A DNA stretch of 64,000 nucleotides from Alphaproteobacteria bacterium. GTDB lineage: Bacteria; Pseudomonadota; Alphaproteobacteria; MPNO01. Positions 27,366 through 36,896 of the stretch are shown piece by piece. The notes beneath the pieces are model-generated. The model made no database searches. It had not been told where the DNA came from and saw only the letters and a list, made by a program, of their open reading frames with translations. The translations under genes were made by a program, and so were the position numbers. The DNA lies in the NCBI GenBank assembly GCA_964291675.2, contig OZ219866.1:1120001-1184000 (forward strand), given 5' to 3'. Numbering within the stretch: position 1 is the stretch's first letter; every line of letters begins with the position of its first letter.

Positions 27366-27802
27366 ATCCTTGTATTAGCAAGGACATGTTCCTTGTCAAG
27401 CGTGATCGATGCCAGGGCGTCAACAAGGCTCGGATCGACGGTCAGCAGATGCGCCTCGCAGGTCCGGCAGTCGGATGCGCCGAAGCGGGGCACGGGTACC
27501 CGGGCGCCGTGGGCGAGGGCGAAATCCGCGATGGTGCATTCCCGCCCGCCGGGATAGGCGACGACATCCTCGACCTGCGCCGCCTCCGTCAGGCGGTCGA
27601 CGTGCCAGACGGCCGCCTTGGGCTGTCTCAAGTGCCGGCCGACGCGGGCGCGGATGCCGCCGGGACCCCGGGCGCTGCCGGCGTACAGATAGAGCCCGGC
27701 GGGCAGCACGGGCCGGCCGAGGGTTTGGATGTCGAGGCGGGTGTCGCGGGCGAGCCGGAGGATCAGCGCATACGCGCCCGGCGCATCGGGCGTGGGGCTC
27801 AT
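27362..27802 (-). CDS. DUF123 / GIY-YIG (Uri) superfamily protein
   Basis: GAYALIL, GLYLYAGSA.GPGG..RV.RH, WHVD.L, FGASDCRTCEAHL. Confidence 0.88.
   Translation of the reverse strand: MSPTPDAPGAYALILRLARDTRLDIQTLGRPVLPAGLYLYAGSARGPGGIRARVGRHLRQPKAAVWHVDRLTEAAQVEDVVAYPGGRECTIADFALAHGARVPVPRFGASDCRTCEAHLLTVDPSLVDALASITLDKEHVLANTRI
27367..27399 (-). promoter_or_regulatory. Promoter/operator of the abrB-PIN module inside the 3' end of the upstream CDS
   Basis: TTGACA-N16-TAATAC-N6-ATG with three alternating CAAGGA/TCCTTG half-sites. Confidence 0.6.
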
Positions 27803-28910
27803 GACGGGCCGTTCCACGGATGCAGCCCGGCGAGCGCGGCTTCGAGCGCGACCATCAGGTCGTCCTCCCCGATGCCCGCGAACTCCACGTCCTCGCGGGC
27901 AAGGAAGGTCTGGACGGCCCGGCGCAGGGCGGCCGGCTCGGCGGGCGCGCCCGCCAGCGCGCGCTCCAGCCAGTCGACGGAGTCCAGCGGGCGCGGGTGC
28001 CAGTCGCCGTTGACGATGGCGCAGACCACGCGCCCCTCCCGCACCGCGAGCGTCGCGCGGATCATCCCGCCCATCGCCTTCTCGCGGCCCCGCCCGACCG
28101 TATCCCCGAAGCGAGCAGGCCGGCGAAGCGGATTCGCTCGGACTTGCCGAACAGCCAGCTTTCGGTGTCGAGCTCGGCCCGGAAGGCATCGGCATAGCCC
28201 CGCTCCGCCGGTTCGAGGGTCCCGCGCGCGAGCCCGGACTCGCCGAAGGCGCGCTCGGTACAGGCGACGGCGAACGCGGCGAGCTCCGCCTCGTCGATCG
28301 CCCTTCTCGCCTCCCGCTCCAGCCAGGTGAAGCGCGATTCCAGCGTCTTCAGCGCCTTGTCGCGCACCTTCTCCGGCGGCATCGGCATCGCCCTGCCGGC
28401 AAGCCCGGTGTCGATCGGCTTGACGTTGATGACGATGCGGAGCGTCATCACCCCGTCCTCGATCTTGAGCGAGGTGGGGACCAGCTTGCGCCCCTCGACC
28501 TGGATGTCGTTGAGCGGGCGGTACTCGGCCGCGAACCCGTAGCGGTCGCGGAACACGCCGGCCACCGCCGTCAGAATCTTGCGGAACGCCGCTTCGGTGG
28601 TGGCCGGCACCTGCTTGTGGGAGACCGGCAGGAAATAGATCAGGAAGGCCGACCCGGCGCCGGCATAGACCGGCCCGCCGCCATTGACCCGGCGGCGGAA
28701 ATCGATGCCGCGGGCGCGGCAGAACTTCAGGTCGAGCACCTGTTCGGGGTCCTCGTTGACGCCGATGGTGATCGAGTCGGAATCGAAGACGTAGAGAAAC
28801 ACCGTCGGCGGCGCCTCGCCGAGCGTGACCGCCTTCTCCACCGCGGGCGAGACGGAGACGGAAAAATCCGCATACGAGCCGCGGTCGACGAGCAGGCGCC
28901 AGACGCTCAT
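27799..28910 (-). pseudogene. Lipoate-protein ligase A family, split by a 1-nt frameshift near 28105 (pseudogene or assembly error)
   Basis: RRVNGGGPVY, NDIQVEGRKL in 28062..28910; C-terminal domain (GRGREKAMGGMIRA...NGDW) continues in another frame. Confidence 0.75.
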
Positions 28911-30082
28911 GCCTTGCCCCTGCGGTCGACGGCCAGCGGGCCGTCCTCGAGCGATTCGGCGACCTCGATCCGGTCGGCGCCGATCAGGGTCTGGCTGCGG
29001 AACCGCCGGGCGACCTCCTCCAGCGCATCGTCGCCGGCGCTTCCCTCCAGCGCGAGGGCGAGCCGGTCGCGCCCCCGCTCGCTGTCGACGGTGAGGCGGT
29101 ACTTGCCGGTCAGCCCGTCGATGCCGAGCAGGACGGCGCGGATCTCGGACGGGTAGAGCTTGACCCCCTTCACCTTCACCATCTCGTCGGTGCGGCCGAA
29201 GACGACGCGGGGCAGGCTCACCGTTCTTCCGTGCACGGGCGCGGCGATCCGCCGGACGGTGAGGTCGCCGGTGCGGTAGCGCACAAGCGGCTGCGCTTCC
29301 TTGACCAGGTGGGTCAGGACGAGCTCGCCGCGTTCCCCGTCCTCGACCGGCGCCGCGGTCTCGGGGTCGATGACCTCGGCATGGACCAGCTCGTCGAACA
29401 CGTGGACCCCCTCGCCGCCCGGAAAGGTCCGCGCGACGGGCAGGAACTCCGACAGCGAGAACGAGTCGACCAGCACGGTATCCGGCATCGCCGCCCGCAC
29501 CCGGGCGTACAGCGCCCGGTTGCCGGTGAACGCCTCGCCGCCGGCGAAGAACGCGCGGGGCGGGGCGAGCCCGGCCTCGATCAGCCTGAGCGAGAAGCTC
29601 GGATTGCCGGCAAGCACCGTCACGCCGTGGCGGTTGCAGATCTCGACCGCGCGTTCGGCCTCGCCGGGGCCGAGCGGGATGCAGGCTACGCCATGCGCCT
29701 CCATCTGCGACTGGTAGAACAGCCCGGCGACGAACAGGTGATAGCCGAAGGTCACCGCGCAGACATCGCCCTCGCCGATGCCGCAGGCGGCGAGATGGGT
29801 GCCCGCGGCGGCGATCATCCGCTGGAGGTCGCCGGCGGTCTGGAACACCGGCACCAGCGACGCCCCCATGGGCGTCAGGTTGACCCGGACCGGCCGCGCC
29901 CCGCCGAACCCGCCATAGTCCGGCTTCGCCATCTCGGCGACGAAATCCGCCCGCGTCGTCAGCGGCACCGAGGCGGCGAAGTCGTCCGCGTCGGCGATCT
30001 CGCGCGGCAGGCGGCCGCGATAGAACTTGTGGTCGCCGAGACGGTCCAGCGCCCGGTTGATGGCCTCCTTAGAAAAACCCAT
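28907..30082 (-). CDS. Phenylacetate-CoA ligase-like ANL family protein (divergent)
   Basis: GEGELVLT-like GERGELVLT, RYRTGDLT, GRTDEMVKVKGVKLYPS. Confidence 0.85.
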   Translation of the reverse strand: MGFSKEAINRALDRLGDHKFYRGRLPREIADADDFAASVPLTTRADFVAEMAKPDYGGFGGARPVRVNLTPMGASLVPVFQTAGDLQRMIAAAGTHLAACGIGEGDVCAVTFGYHLFVAGLFYQSQMEAHGVACIPLGPGEAERAVEICNRHGVTVLAGNPSFSLRLIEAGLAPPRAFFAGGEAFTGNRALYARVRAAMPDTVLVDSFSLSEFLPVARTFPGGEGVHVFDELVHAEVIDPETAAPVEDGERGELVLTHLVKEAQPLVRYRTGDLTVRRIAAPVHGRTVSLPRVVFGRTDEMVKVKGVKLYPSEIRAVLLGIDGLTGKYRLTVDSERGRDRLALALEGSAGDDALEEVARRFRSQTLIGADRIEVAESLEDGPLAVDRRGKA

Positions 30083-31821
30083 CAGCGCCGGGAATCGGCG
30101 AGCGCCGCCGAGTCGTCGTAGGCCGTCCGGACGTTGAGCACCGCCTGGCGCCGGTCCACCTCGACCGCCTCGATGGCACGCTCCAGCGCGCCCGGCAGCG
30201 CGTCCGGGGTCTCGACTTCCTCGCCATAGCCGTCCGAGGCCTCGACGACCTTGTGATAGGCGGGCGAGGGTTCGAGATAGGTGAGCGGCGCCCGGTTGGC
30301 GCGCGAGGCGGCGCCGTCGGGATGCAGCCCCAGCGTCGCCTTGCGCACCGAGCCCCACATCCGGTTGTTGAGGATCACGGTCACCACCGGCAGGTCGTTG
30401 GCGGCGGAGACGAAATGCGCCGGCGTCGGGTTGCCGAACATGTAGGAGCCGTCGCCGACGACGCAGAACACCCGGCGGTCGCCATAGCCCAGCTTGGCGC
30501 CGAGCGACGCGCCCACCCCCCAGCCGAGACCGCCGGCCGGGCTGGTGGCGAAGAAGGTGCCGGGCTTGCGGAAATCGATATTGCCGAGTGCGAGCTGGGA
30601 CTCGCTCACCATCACGTCGTCGTCGTCCTTGATCCCGTCGATGCAGTGGGCGATCCAGGCGGCGTCGGCGGCGCCCGCCCGCCGCGCCGCGTCGATGCGC
30701 GCCGCGCGGGCCTCGGCCATCGCCGCCTTGCGCTCGGCGGCGCGCGCCCTGCGTGCGTCGATCCGCCCGTTCGCCGCGCCGTCGAGCGCGTCGGCGAGCG
30801 CGGCGAGCCCGAGGCTCGATTCCGCGGTGATCGCGAGGTCGCAAGGATAGCCGCGCACCGGATAGCTGCTGTAGAGCGGGTCGACCCCCATGTGGATCAC
30901 CCGGGCGTCGGGGTTGGGGCTGTGCAGGCTGGGGATCCAGGGCACGTCGCAATCGACCACCAGGATCAGATCGGCGTTCGGGAGCAGCCCGCCCGGTTCG
31001 AACCCCATATGCATGGCATGGTCGGTGGGGAGCGATACGTAGCGCGGCCGGTAGGCGACCACCGGCAGGGCGAAGCGCTCGGCAAGCGCGGTCAGCGCCT
31101 CGGCCGAGGCGGCGTTCCTTCCCGCGCTCGCGGTGATGACCAGCGGGTTCTCGGCCGCGCGGATCCACTGGGCGGCCTGGTCGATCGCGTTGGGGTCGGG
31201 CGCCGGGCTCGACGCGGCGAGCCGGCGCGACGGGCTCTCATAGGCGAAATCGCCCGGCTTCTCGGCCAGCACCTCGCGCGGCAAGGTGAGATAGACCGGC
31301 CCGCGCGGCTCGTTCATCGCCACGTTCACCGCGCGGTCGACGATGGTCTCCAGCTGGCGCGCGTTGCGCAGCTCGTAATCCCACTTGACCATCTCGCGGA
31401 CCATGCCCGCCTGGTCGAACATCTCCTGGCCCCAGTGGATGTAGATCGAGCGCGCGCCCGGCGCGCCGGTCTCGGTCAGCGGCGTGCGCCCCGAGGTGAA
31501 GATGATCGGCACGTTCTCGCGCGCCGCGTTGGTGATGCCGCAGATCGCGTTGGCGGTCCCCACATTGACGTGCACCATCACCGCCTGCGGCCGGCCGGTG
31601 GCGAGGAAATAGCCATGCGCCATCGCCACCGCGAGGTTCTCGTGCGGCACGGTCATCGGGGTGGGCGCGCTTGTCCCCTCGGTGGCCGATTTGGCGAGCG
31701 CCTCGATGACCGAAGCGAAATCGGTGCCCGCATTGCCGAACAGGTAGTCGACGCCCCTGTCCTTCAAAAGCGCGAGATAGGCTTCCGCCAGGCTGTCGAC
31801 CTGGATCCGTTGCTCGGGCAT
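30082..31821 (-). CDS. Thiamine diphosphate-dependent enzyme (acetolactate synthase-like)
   Basis: LFGNAGTDF, PHENLAVAMAHG, GDGSYMF...LNN. Confidence 0.92.
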   Translation of the reverse strand: MPEQRIQVDSLAEAYLALLKDRGVDYLFGNAGTDFASVIEALAKSATEGTSAPTPMTVPHENLAVAMAHGYFLATGRPQAVMVHVNVGTANAICGITNAARENVPIIFTSGRTPLTETGAPGARSIYIHWGQEMFDQAGMVREMVKWDYELRNARQLETIVDRAVNVAMNEPRGPVYLTLPREVLAEKPGDFAYESPSRRLAASSPAPDPNAIDQAAQWIRAAENPLVITASAGRNAASAEALTALAERFALPVVAYRPRYVSLPTDHAMHMGFEPGGLLPNADLILVVDCDVPWIPSLHSPNPDARVIHMGVDPLYSSYPVRGYPCDLAITAESSLGLAALADALDGAANGRIDARRARAAERKAAMAEARAARIDAARRAGAADAAWIAHCIDGIKDDDDVMVSESQLALGNIDFRKPGTFFATSPAGGLGWGVGASLGAKLGYGDRRVFCVVGDGSYMFGNPTPAHFVSAANDLPVVTVILNNRMWGSVRKATLGLHPDGAASRANRAPLTYLEPSPAYHKVVEASDGYGEEVETPDALPGALERAIEAVEVDRRQAVLNVRTAYDDSAALADSRR

Positions 31822-31895
31822 GCGGGGTCTCCCTTCGCGGCGGGTGCGGCTTGGCCCACTATAGGAGTTCGGCCGGCGCGGGTGAATTCGGGGCG

Positions 31896-33059
31896 ATGGG
31901 ATCGGCGGTGGCGATACGGCTCGCACTGTTCTACGCGGCGGTCTTCCTGTTCGTCGGCGTGGCGCTGCCGTTCTGGCCGGTCTGGCTGACCGCGAAGGGG
32001 TTGAGCGCGACCGAAATCGGGCTGACCATCACCGCCGCCGCCTGGGTGCGGATCGCGGCGCCCGCGCTCGCCGCCCATGTCGCCGACCGCAGGGGGCGCC
32101 GGCGCTCCGTCCTGATCCTGCTCGCCGCAGCCTCGCTGGCCGCGCATCTCCTGTTCCTCGTCGCCGAGGGGTTCGCGGCGCTGCTCGCCGTCAGCATCCT
32201 CGCCGCCATCGCATTCACCCCGATCATCCCGATGGGCGAGAACATGACCCTGCTGGCCAGCCGCGCCCGCCGGTTCGACTACGGAAGGGTGAGGCTGTGG
32301 GGCTCGATCGCCTTCATCGCCGGCGCGGTCCTGGGCGGAAGGGCGGTCGGCGGCGCCGGGGAAGACGCGATCCTCTGGCTGGTGCTCGGCACGCTCGCGC
32401 TCACCGTGCTGGCGGCGCTGGCGATGCCCGAGACCGGCTCGCCGCCGGCGCGCCGCCGGGTGCCGGTCGCCGCCCTGCTGTCGGACCCGGGCATGGTCGT
32501 GTTCCTGGTCACCGCCTCGCTGATCCAGGCGAGCCATGCCGCGGCCTACGGCTTCGCGACGCTGGCGTGGCAGGCCTCCGGCATCGACGACGACGTGATC
32601 GGCCTGCTCTGGGCCGAGGGCGTGCTCGCCGAGATCGTCCTGTTCGCGCTCGGCGGCGGGCTTGCCGCCAGGCTCGGCCCCGCCCGGATGCTCGCCATCG
32701 CCGCGATCGCCGGGATCGTGCGCTGGGTCGGGCTCGCGGTCGAGCCCGGTCTCGGCTGGCTGGTCGCGCTCCAGGCGCTGCACGCGCTGACCTTCGGGGC
32801 GGCGCATCTCGGCGCCATGCTCTACCTCGTCCGCGCCATCCCGCCGGAGCACTCGGCGAGCGCCCAGGCGCTCTATTCCGGGGCGTCGATGGGGCTGGTG
32901 ATGGGCGGGGCCACGATCCTCGCCGGCGCGCTCTACGACGATGTCGGCGCGGGCGCGTTCTACGCCATGGCGGCGATGTCGGCGGGCGGGCTGGCCGGCG
33001 CGGCGCTGCTCGCCCGGATCACGCCGAGCGTTGCCCGGAGCGCAGGAAGTCGCGCCTGA
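31896..33059 (+). CDS. MFS transporter, HcaT/3-phenylpropionate-like
   Basis: Multiple TM segments; DYGRVRLWGS, IQASHA.Y.F, LHALTFG. Confidence 0.88.
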   Translation: MGSAVAIRLALFYAAVFLFVGVALPFWPVWLTAKGLSATEIGLTITAAAWVRIAAPALAAHVADRRGRRRSVLILLAAASLAAHLLFLVAEGFAALLAVSILAAIAFTPIIPMGENMTLLASRARRFDYGRVRLWGSIAFIAGAVLGGRAVGGAGEDAILWLVLGTLALTVLAALAMPETGSPPARRRVPVAALLSDPGMVVFLVTASLIQASHAAAYGFATLAWQASGIDDDVIGLLWAEGVLAEIVLFALGGGLAARLGPARMLAIAAIAGIVRWVGLAVEPGLGWLVALQALHALTFGAAHLGAMLYLVRAIPPEHSASAQALYSGASMGLVMGGATILAGALYDDVGAGAFYAMAAMSAGGLAGAALLARITPSVARSAGSRA

Positions 33060-33402
33060 CCTCGTAATACCCGCCGAGCCAGAGCGGGTAGTAGACGTGG
33101 TCGTCATGGGCGTCGTCGCCCTCCGGATGGACCAGCACCACCAGCCCGTCGCGGTTGTACATCAGCCAGGGCACGAACTCGGCGAACAGCGTCTTGTCGA
33201 ACGCGACCTGGAACATCGGCTCCGGGTGCGGCCCGACCGGGCGGTCGCGGAACCGGCCCATGACGATGTCGAACCCCCATCTCTCCCAGATCCGCCCGCG
33301 CAGCCGGGCCGCGGTCTCGCGCGTCTCGTCGTCATAATAGATATGGGCGTGGTAGCCGGTGACCTTCGTGTGGTCTCCGGGCGGAAAATCGGTGTCTTTC
33401 AC
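33019..33402 (-). CDS. DOPA 4,5-dioxygenase family protein
   Basis: YHAHIYY, PVGPHPEPMFQ, WLMYNR.GL.VLVHP, DH...WLG. Confidence 0.9.
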   Translation of the reverse strand: MKDTDFPPGDHTKVTGYHAHIYYDDETRETAARLRGRIWERWGFDIVMGRFRDRPVGPHPEPMFQVAFDKTLFAEFVPWLMYNRDGLVVLVHPEGDDAHDDHVYYPLWLGGYYEVRRDFLRSGQRSA

Positions 33403-33421
33403 GATCCTGTCCTCGCCTTCG

Positions 33422-34819
33422 TCAGCCGCGCTCGTCGCGCACGCGCTTGGCCTTGAACTCGGTCTTGGGGAGGGTATCGGGCGGCAGCACCTCGACGCCC
33501 ACGCGGACTTCGCAGCGGCTGCGCACCGCCACGCCGACCGCCCCGGCGACATCCGCCGAAGCATGCTCCACCCTCAACTCCATCACGTCGAGCCCGTCCG
33601 CGTTGGTGCCGAGCACGATCTCGAACTCGTCGCCGATCCCCTCGATGGAGCGCACCGCCTGCTCGACCTGGCTCGGGAAGAATTTTACCCCGCGCAGGTT
33701 GATCAAGTCGTCGGCGCGGCCGGTGAACGATCCCATGGCGCGGACATGGGTGCGCCCGCAGGCGCAGCGCCCGGTGTCGTAGACCGTGTAGTCGCCGACC
33801 AGGAAGCGAAGCTGGGGCGAGCTCTCCGAGTTCAGCGAGGTGCAGACGGTGAGCCCGCGCTCGCCCTCGGCCACAGGAGCATGGCTGTCGGGGTCGACCA
33901 GCTCCCAGATCTGCACGTCCTCCTTGAGGTGGGTGAAGGTGGTCTCGCCCGGCCGCACCGAGGCCTCGCAGGAATAGCCCCCGACATGCGGCGAGACCTC
34001 GGTGCAGCCGTAGAACTCGACCACCCGGCAGCCCCAGAGCTCCTCCAGCCGCTCGCGCGTGCGGTCGATCCCCATCGCCGGCTCGCCGCCGGTGAACAGG
34101 GTGCGGACCGCGCTCGCGCGCGGGTCGAGCCCGAGCCGTTGCATGGTGCGCCCGAGATAGAGCGCGTAGGACGGCGTGCCGGCGATCACCGTCGGCCGGA
34201 AACGGGCGATCACCCGGGCGCGCGCCTCGGCATCCATGCCGCCGCCCGGAATGACTGCAATTCCCATCCGCGCGAACGCATACATCGCCCCCCAGATCCA
34301 CACATGCGGGCCGAAGCCGACCATCGGGAACACGCTGTCGCCGCGCCTGATGCCCATGGAATAGAGCGCCCGGGCGTTGGCCCACTCCCAGTAGGAGCGG
34401 TCGATATGGGTGTAGCGGAAGACCCGCGGCACGCCGGTGCTGCCGGAGGACGAGAACAGCATCCAGCCGCGATCGGCCCATTCCGCCTCGCCGATCGTCG
34501 AATAGGTGCCGTAGGGCGGGTTCCCGGTCGCGTCCTCCATCATCTCCGACTTGTCGACCACCGGCCATTTCCCGAGATCGTCGACCGTCCGGATGTCGGT
34601 CGGCGCGAGACCGAGCCGGTCGAAGCGCCGGCGGTAGAAGGCGCTGTTCTCGTAGAGGAAGGGGGTGAGCGCCTGGAGCTTGTCGTTCTGGATGGCGATG
34701 AGCTCGTCGCGCGAGCAGGTCTCCAGCGCCTCCGACCAGTATCTCTCGCTCGCCGGCGCGTCCGTATCGCGCCGGTGGCGTTCGAGGGTTTCGAGCCAGA
34801 TCCGGCGGGTCCTGTCCAT
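33422..34819 (-). CDS. Phenylacetate-CoA ligase family protein
   Basis: SSSGSTGVPR P-loop, YGCTE, RFLVGD, GRADDLINLRG. Confidence 0.92.
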   Translation of the reverse strand: MDRTRRIWLETLERHRRDTDAPASERYWSEALETCSRDELIAIQNDKLQALTPFLYENSAFYRRRFDRLGLAPTDIRTVDDLGKWPVVDKSEMMEDATGNPPYGTYSTIGEAEWADRGWMLFSSSGSTGVPRVFRYTHIDRSYWEWANARALYSMGIRRGDSVFPMVGFGPHVWIWGAMYAFARMGIAVIPGGGMDAEARARVIARFRPTVIAGTPSYALYLGRTMQRLGLDPRASAVRTLFTGGEPAMGIDRTRERLEELWGCRVVEFYGCTEVSPHVGGYSCEASVRPGETTFTHLKEDVQIWELVDPDSHAPVAEGERGLTVCTSLNSESSPQLRFLVGDYTVYDTGRCACGRTHVRAMGSFTGRADDLINLRGVKFFPSQVEQAVRSIEGIGDEFEIVLGTNADGLDVMELRVEHASADVAGAVGVAVRSRCEVRVGVEVLPPDTLPKTEFKAKRVRDERG

Positions 34820-35877
34820 TACGCCTTGCGCCGGTTGCCGTCGAGCCAGCTATCGACAAGGCGAACGGTCTCGTCGACGGTGTCGTTGCGCATCCCCTTC
34901 TGGGCGGCGAGCGCCTGCACCAGCCGGTCGGCGCGCTCGATATTGACCGCCCCGCCATCGAGCGCCCGAGCCGCCGAGGACGGCCGGATCAGCCCGTCCG
35001 CGGCGGCGGCGTATTTCTCGAACGGCACCAGATCGCCGACGCCCGCGCCGAGCGCGCGGCACACATCGCAGACCCAGCCGTAGACGCTTCGCGACAGCGC
35101 GAGGTCGTCGTGCACCGCCTCGCGGATCGGCCGCATGCCGTCCTTCTCGACGCAGCGATAGTTGCCGGTCAGCAGCATCGCCCATTTGGCGAGCGGCACG
35201 AAGATCGAGTCGTGCACCTTGAGCTTCACCGGCAGCGCGATCTCGCCCTCGCCGTCGTCGAAGGTAGCGGCCTCGATGTCGGCCTGGAGGCCGCGCAACA
35301 GCGCCGTCGAGTCCTCCGAATCGAACCGCGCCGCCTTGAAATTGGTCGGCAGGGTGACCTGCAGCACGTTGGTCTTCTCGTCCGGCGGCCGGAAGGCCTG
35401 CGGGTCGGGGCTGCACAGCGTGATGCGCGGCGGCTCGAAGCCGTCCCACACCGATGCGTCGGTGTAGCAATCGGCGAGCGCGCCGGCGTCGATGCCCGGA
35501 ATCCGCCTGACATAGGCGAGCGGCGGCATGTTCATGATCGACATCACCGGCTTTTTCGATGTCGCCACCTTGTCGAGCAGCTCGCGGACGCCGGGCGCGC
35601 GGTATTGCGGCTCCTGCATGGCGAGCACGATCAGGTCGTACTCGGCGGGGTCGATTTCGGCCGGCGTCGCCGCCGAGAGCCTGCCCGGGAGCTTGCCCGA
35701 ATGCACCTCGACAAGTCCGTCGCGGCCCTTCGCCGGCATGCGGACAAGCTGCCCCTCGCCGTTGATCAGCGCCGCCTCGTCCGGCAGGCAGACCAGCTTC
35801 GCGTCGTGCCCGGCGAGCAGCAGCTTGATCGCGAGCAGGGAGCCGTAGGACGCTCCCATGATCATCGTGGCGGTCAT
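34819..35877 (-). CDS. Conserved hypothetical Rossmann-fold protein (ketopantoate reductase-like)
   Basis: N-terminal IMGASYGSLL nucleotide-binding-like motif; RBS GGGAGGAGG; coupled to the next gene. Confidence 0.7.
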   Translation of the reverse strand: MTATMIMGASYGSLLAIKLLLAGHDAKLVCLPDEAALINGEGQLVRMPAKGRDGLVEVHSGKLPGRLSAATPAEIDPAEYDLIVLAMQEPQYRAPGVRELLDKVATSKKPVMSIMNMPPLAYVRRIPGIDAGALADCYTDASVWDGFEPPRITLCSPDPQAFRPPDEKTNVLQVTLPTNFKAARFDSEDSTALLRGLQADIEAATFDDGEGEIALPVKLKVHDSIFVPLAKWAMLLTGNYRCVEKDGMRPIREAVHDDLALSRSVYGWVCDVCRALGAGVGDLVPFEKYAAAADGLIRPSSAARALDGGAVNIERADRLVQALAAQKGMRNDTVDETVRLVDSWLDGNRRKA

Positions 35878-35894
35878 CGGCGCCTCCTCCCGGT

Positions 35895-36886
35895 TCAGTA
35901 TTCCAGCACCGGATCGACGCGGTTCTCCAGCGGCTCGCCGGCGAGGAAGCGGCGCATGTTCTCGAAGAACAGATCGAGCGTGCGCGGGATGTAGAGCTCG
36001 CTGTCGTCCGACGAGCAGTGCGGCGTGACGATCAGGTTGGGGGTCCGCCAGAGCGGCGAGTCGGCGGGCAGCGGCTCGGGGTCGAACACGTCGAGCACGG
36101 CGCTGATCTCGCGCCGCTCCAGCCGCCGGCGCAGCGCCTCGTAGTCGACCACCCGGGCGCGGCCGTAATTGACGATGCCGCCGCCCGGCCGGATCGCCGC
36201 GATCTCCGCCGCGCCGATCAGGTGGCGGGTGTGCGCCGTGGCCGGCGCGGTGGCGATGATGTAGTCGGCGCGCGGGATCAGCTCCGCGAGCGCCTCCGGG
36301 CCGTGCATCTCGTCGACCGCCGGGTGCGGTTGCGCGGTCCGGCGCACGCCGAGCACCCGCATGCCGAAACGCCTGGCCCATTCGGCGACGCTGCCGCCGA
36401 CGCTCCCCACCCCCACCACCAGCAGGGTCTTGCCGGCGATGCCGGTGTTGAAGGTCTGCTGCCAGCGCCCGGCGCGCTGATGGGTGACCATCTCCGGCAC
36501 CCGGTTGTTCAGCATCAGCACCGCCATGATGGCGTATTCGGCCGCCCGCGCGCCGTGCACGCCGCGGTTGTTGGTGAAGGTCACGTGTTCGGGCAGCCAG
36601 TCGAAGGGCGTGAATGCTCGACGCCGGCGCCGGTCGCGTGGATCCAGCGCAGCCTCGGCGCCCGCTCGGCGATGTTGCGGTGGTCGATGTCCCAGCACAC
36701 CAGCGCGTCCGCATCGGCGATCTGGCGGTCGAAATCGGCGTTGTCGTAGCCGATGCTGCAATCGAGCCTGTCGGCGAGGTCGGGAAAGCGGGTGAACGCG
36801 GCCTGGAGCCGGTCCTCGGTCACCTCGAAGACGGCGCCGAGGCTCGAATCGTTCTCGATGTGCAGGCGGGTGCGGGCGGGATGCAT
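35895..36886 (-). pseudogene. D-2-hydroxyacid dehydrogenase split by a 1-nt frameshift near 36613 (pseudogene or assembly error)
   Basis: LRWIHATGAGVEH in 36581..36886; NNRGVH, VGVGSVG, NYGR, LDVFDPEPL, TPH in 35895..36612. Confidence 0.8.
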
Positions 36887-36896
36887 GAAGACGCCT

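Noticed and set aside
28907-31168. Apparent fusion ORFs (28907..31168-, 34819..36714-, 53625..55301-, 59593..61419-)
   Set aside because: N-terminal portions are out-of-frame overlaps with neighbouring genes; true starts lie at internal coupled ATG/GTG codons
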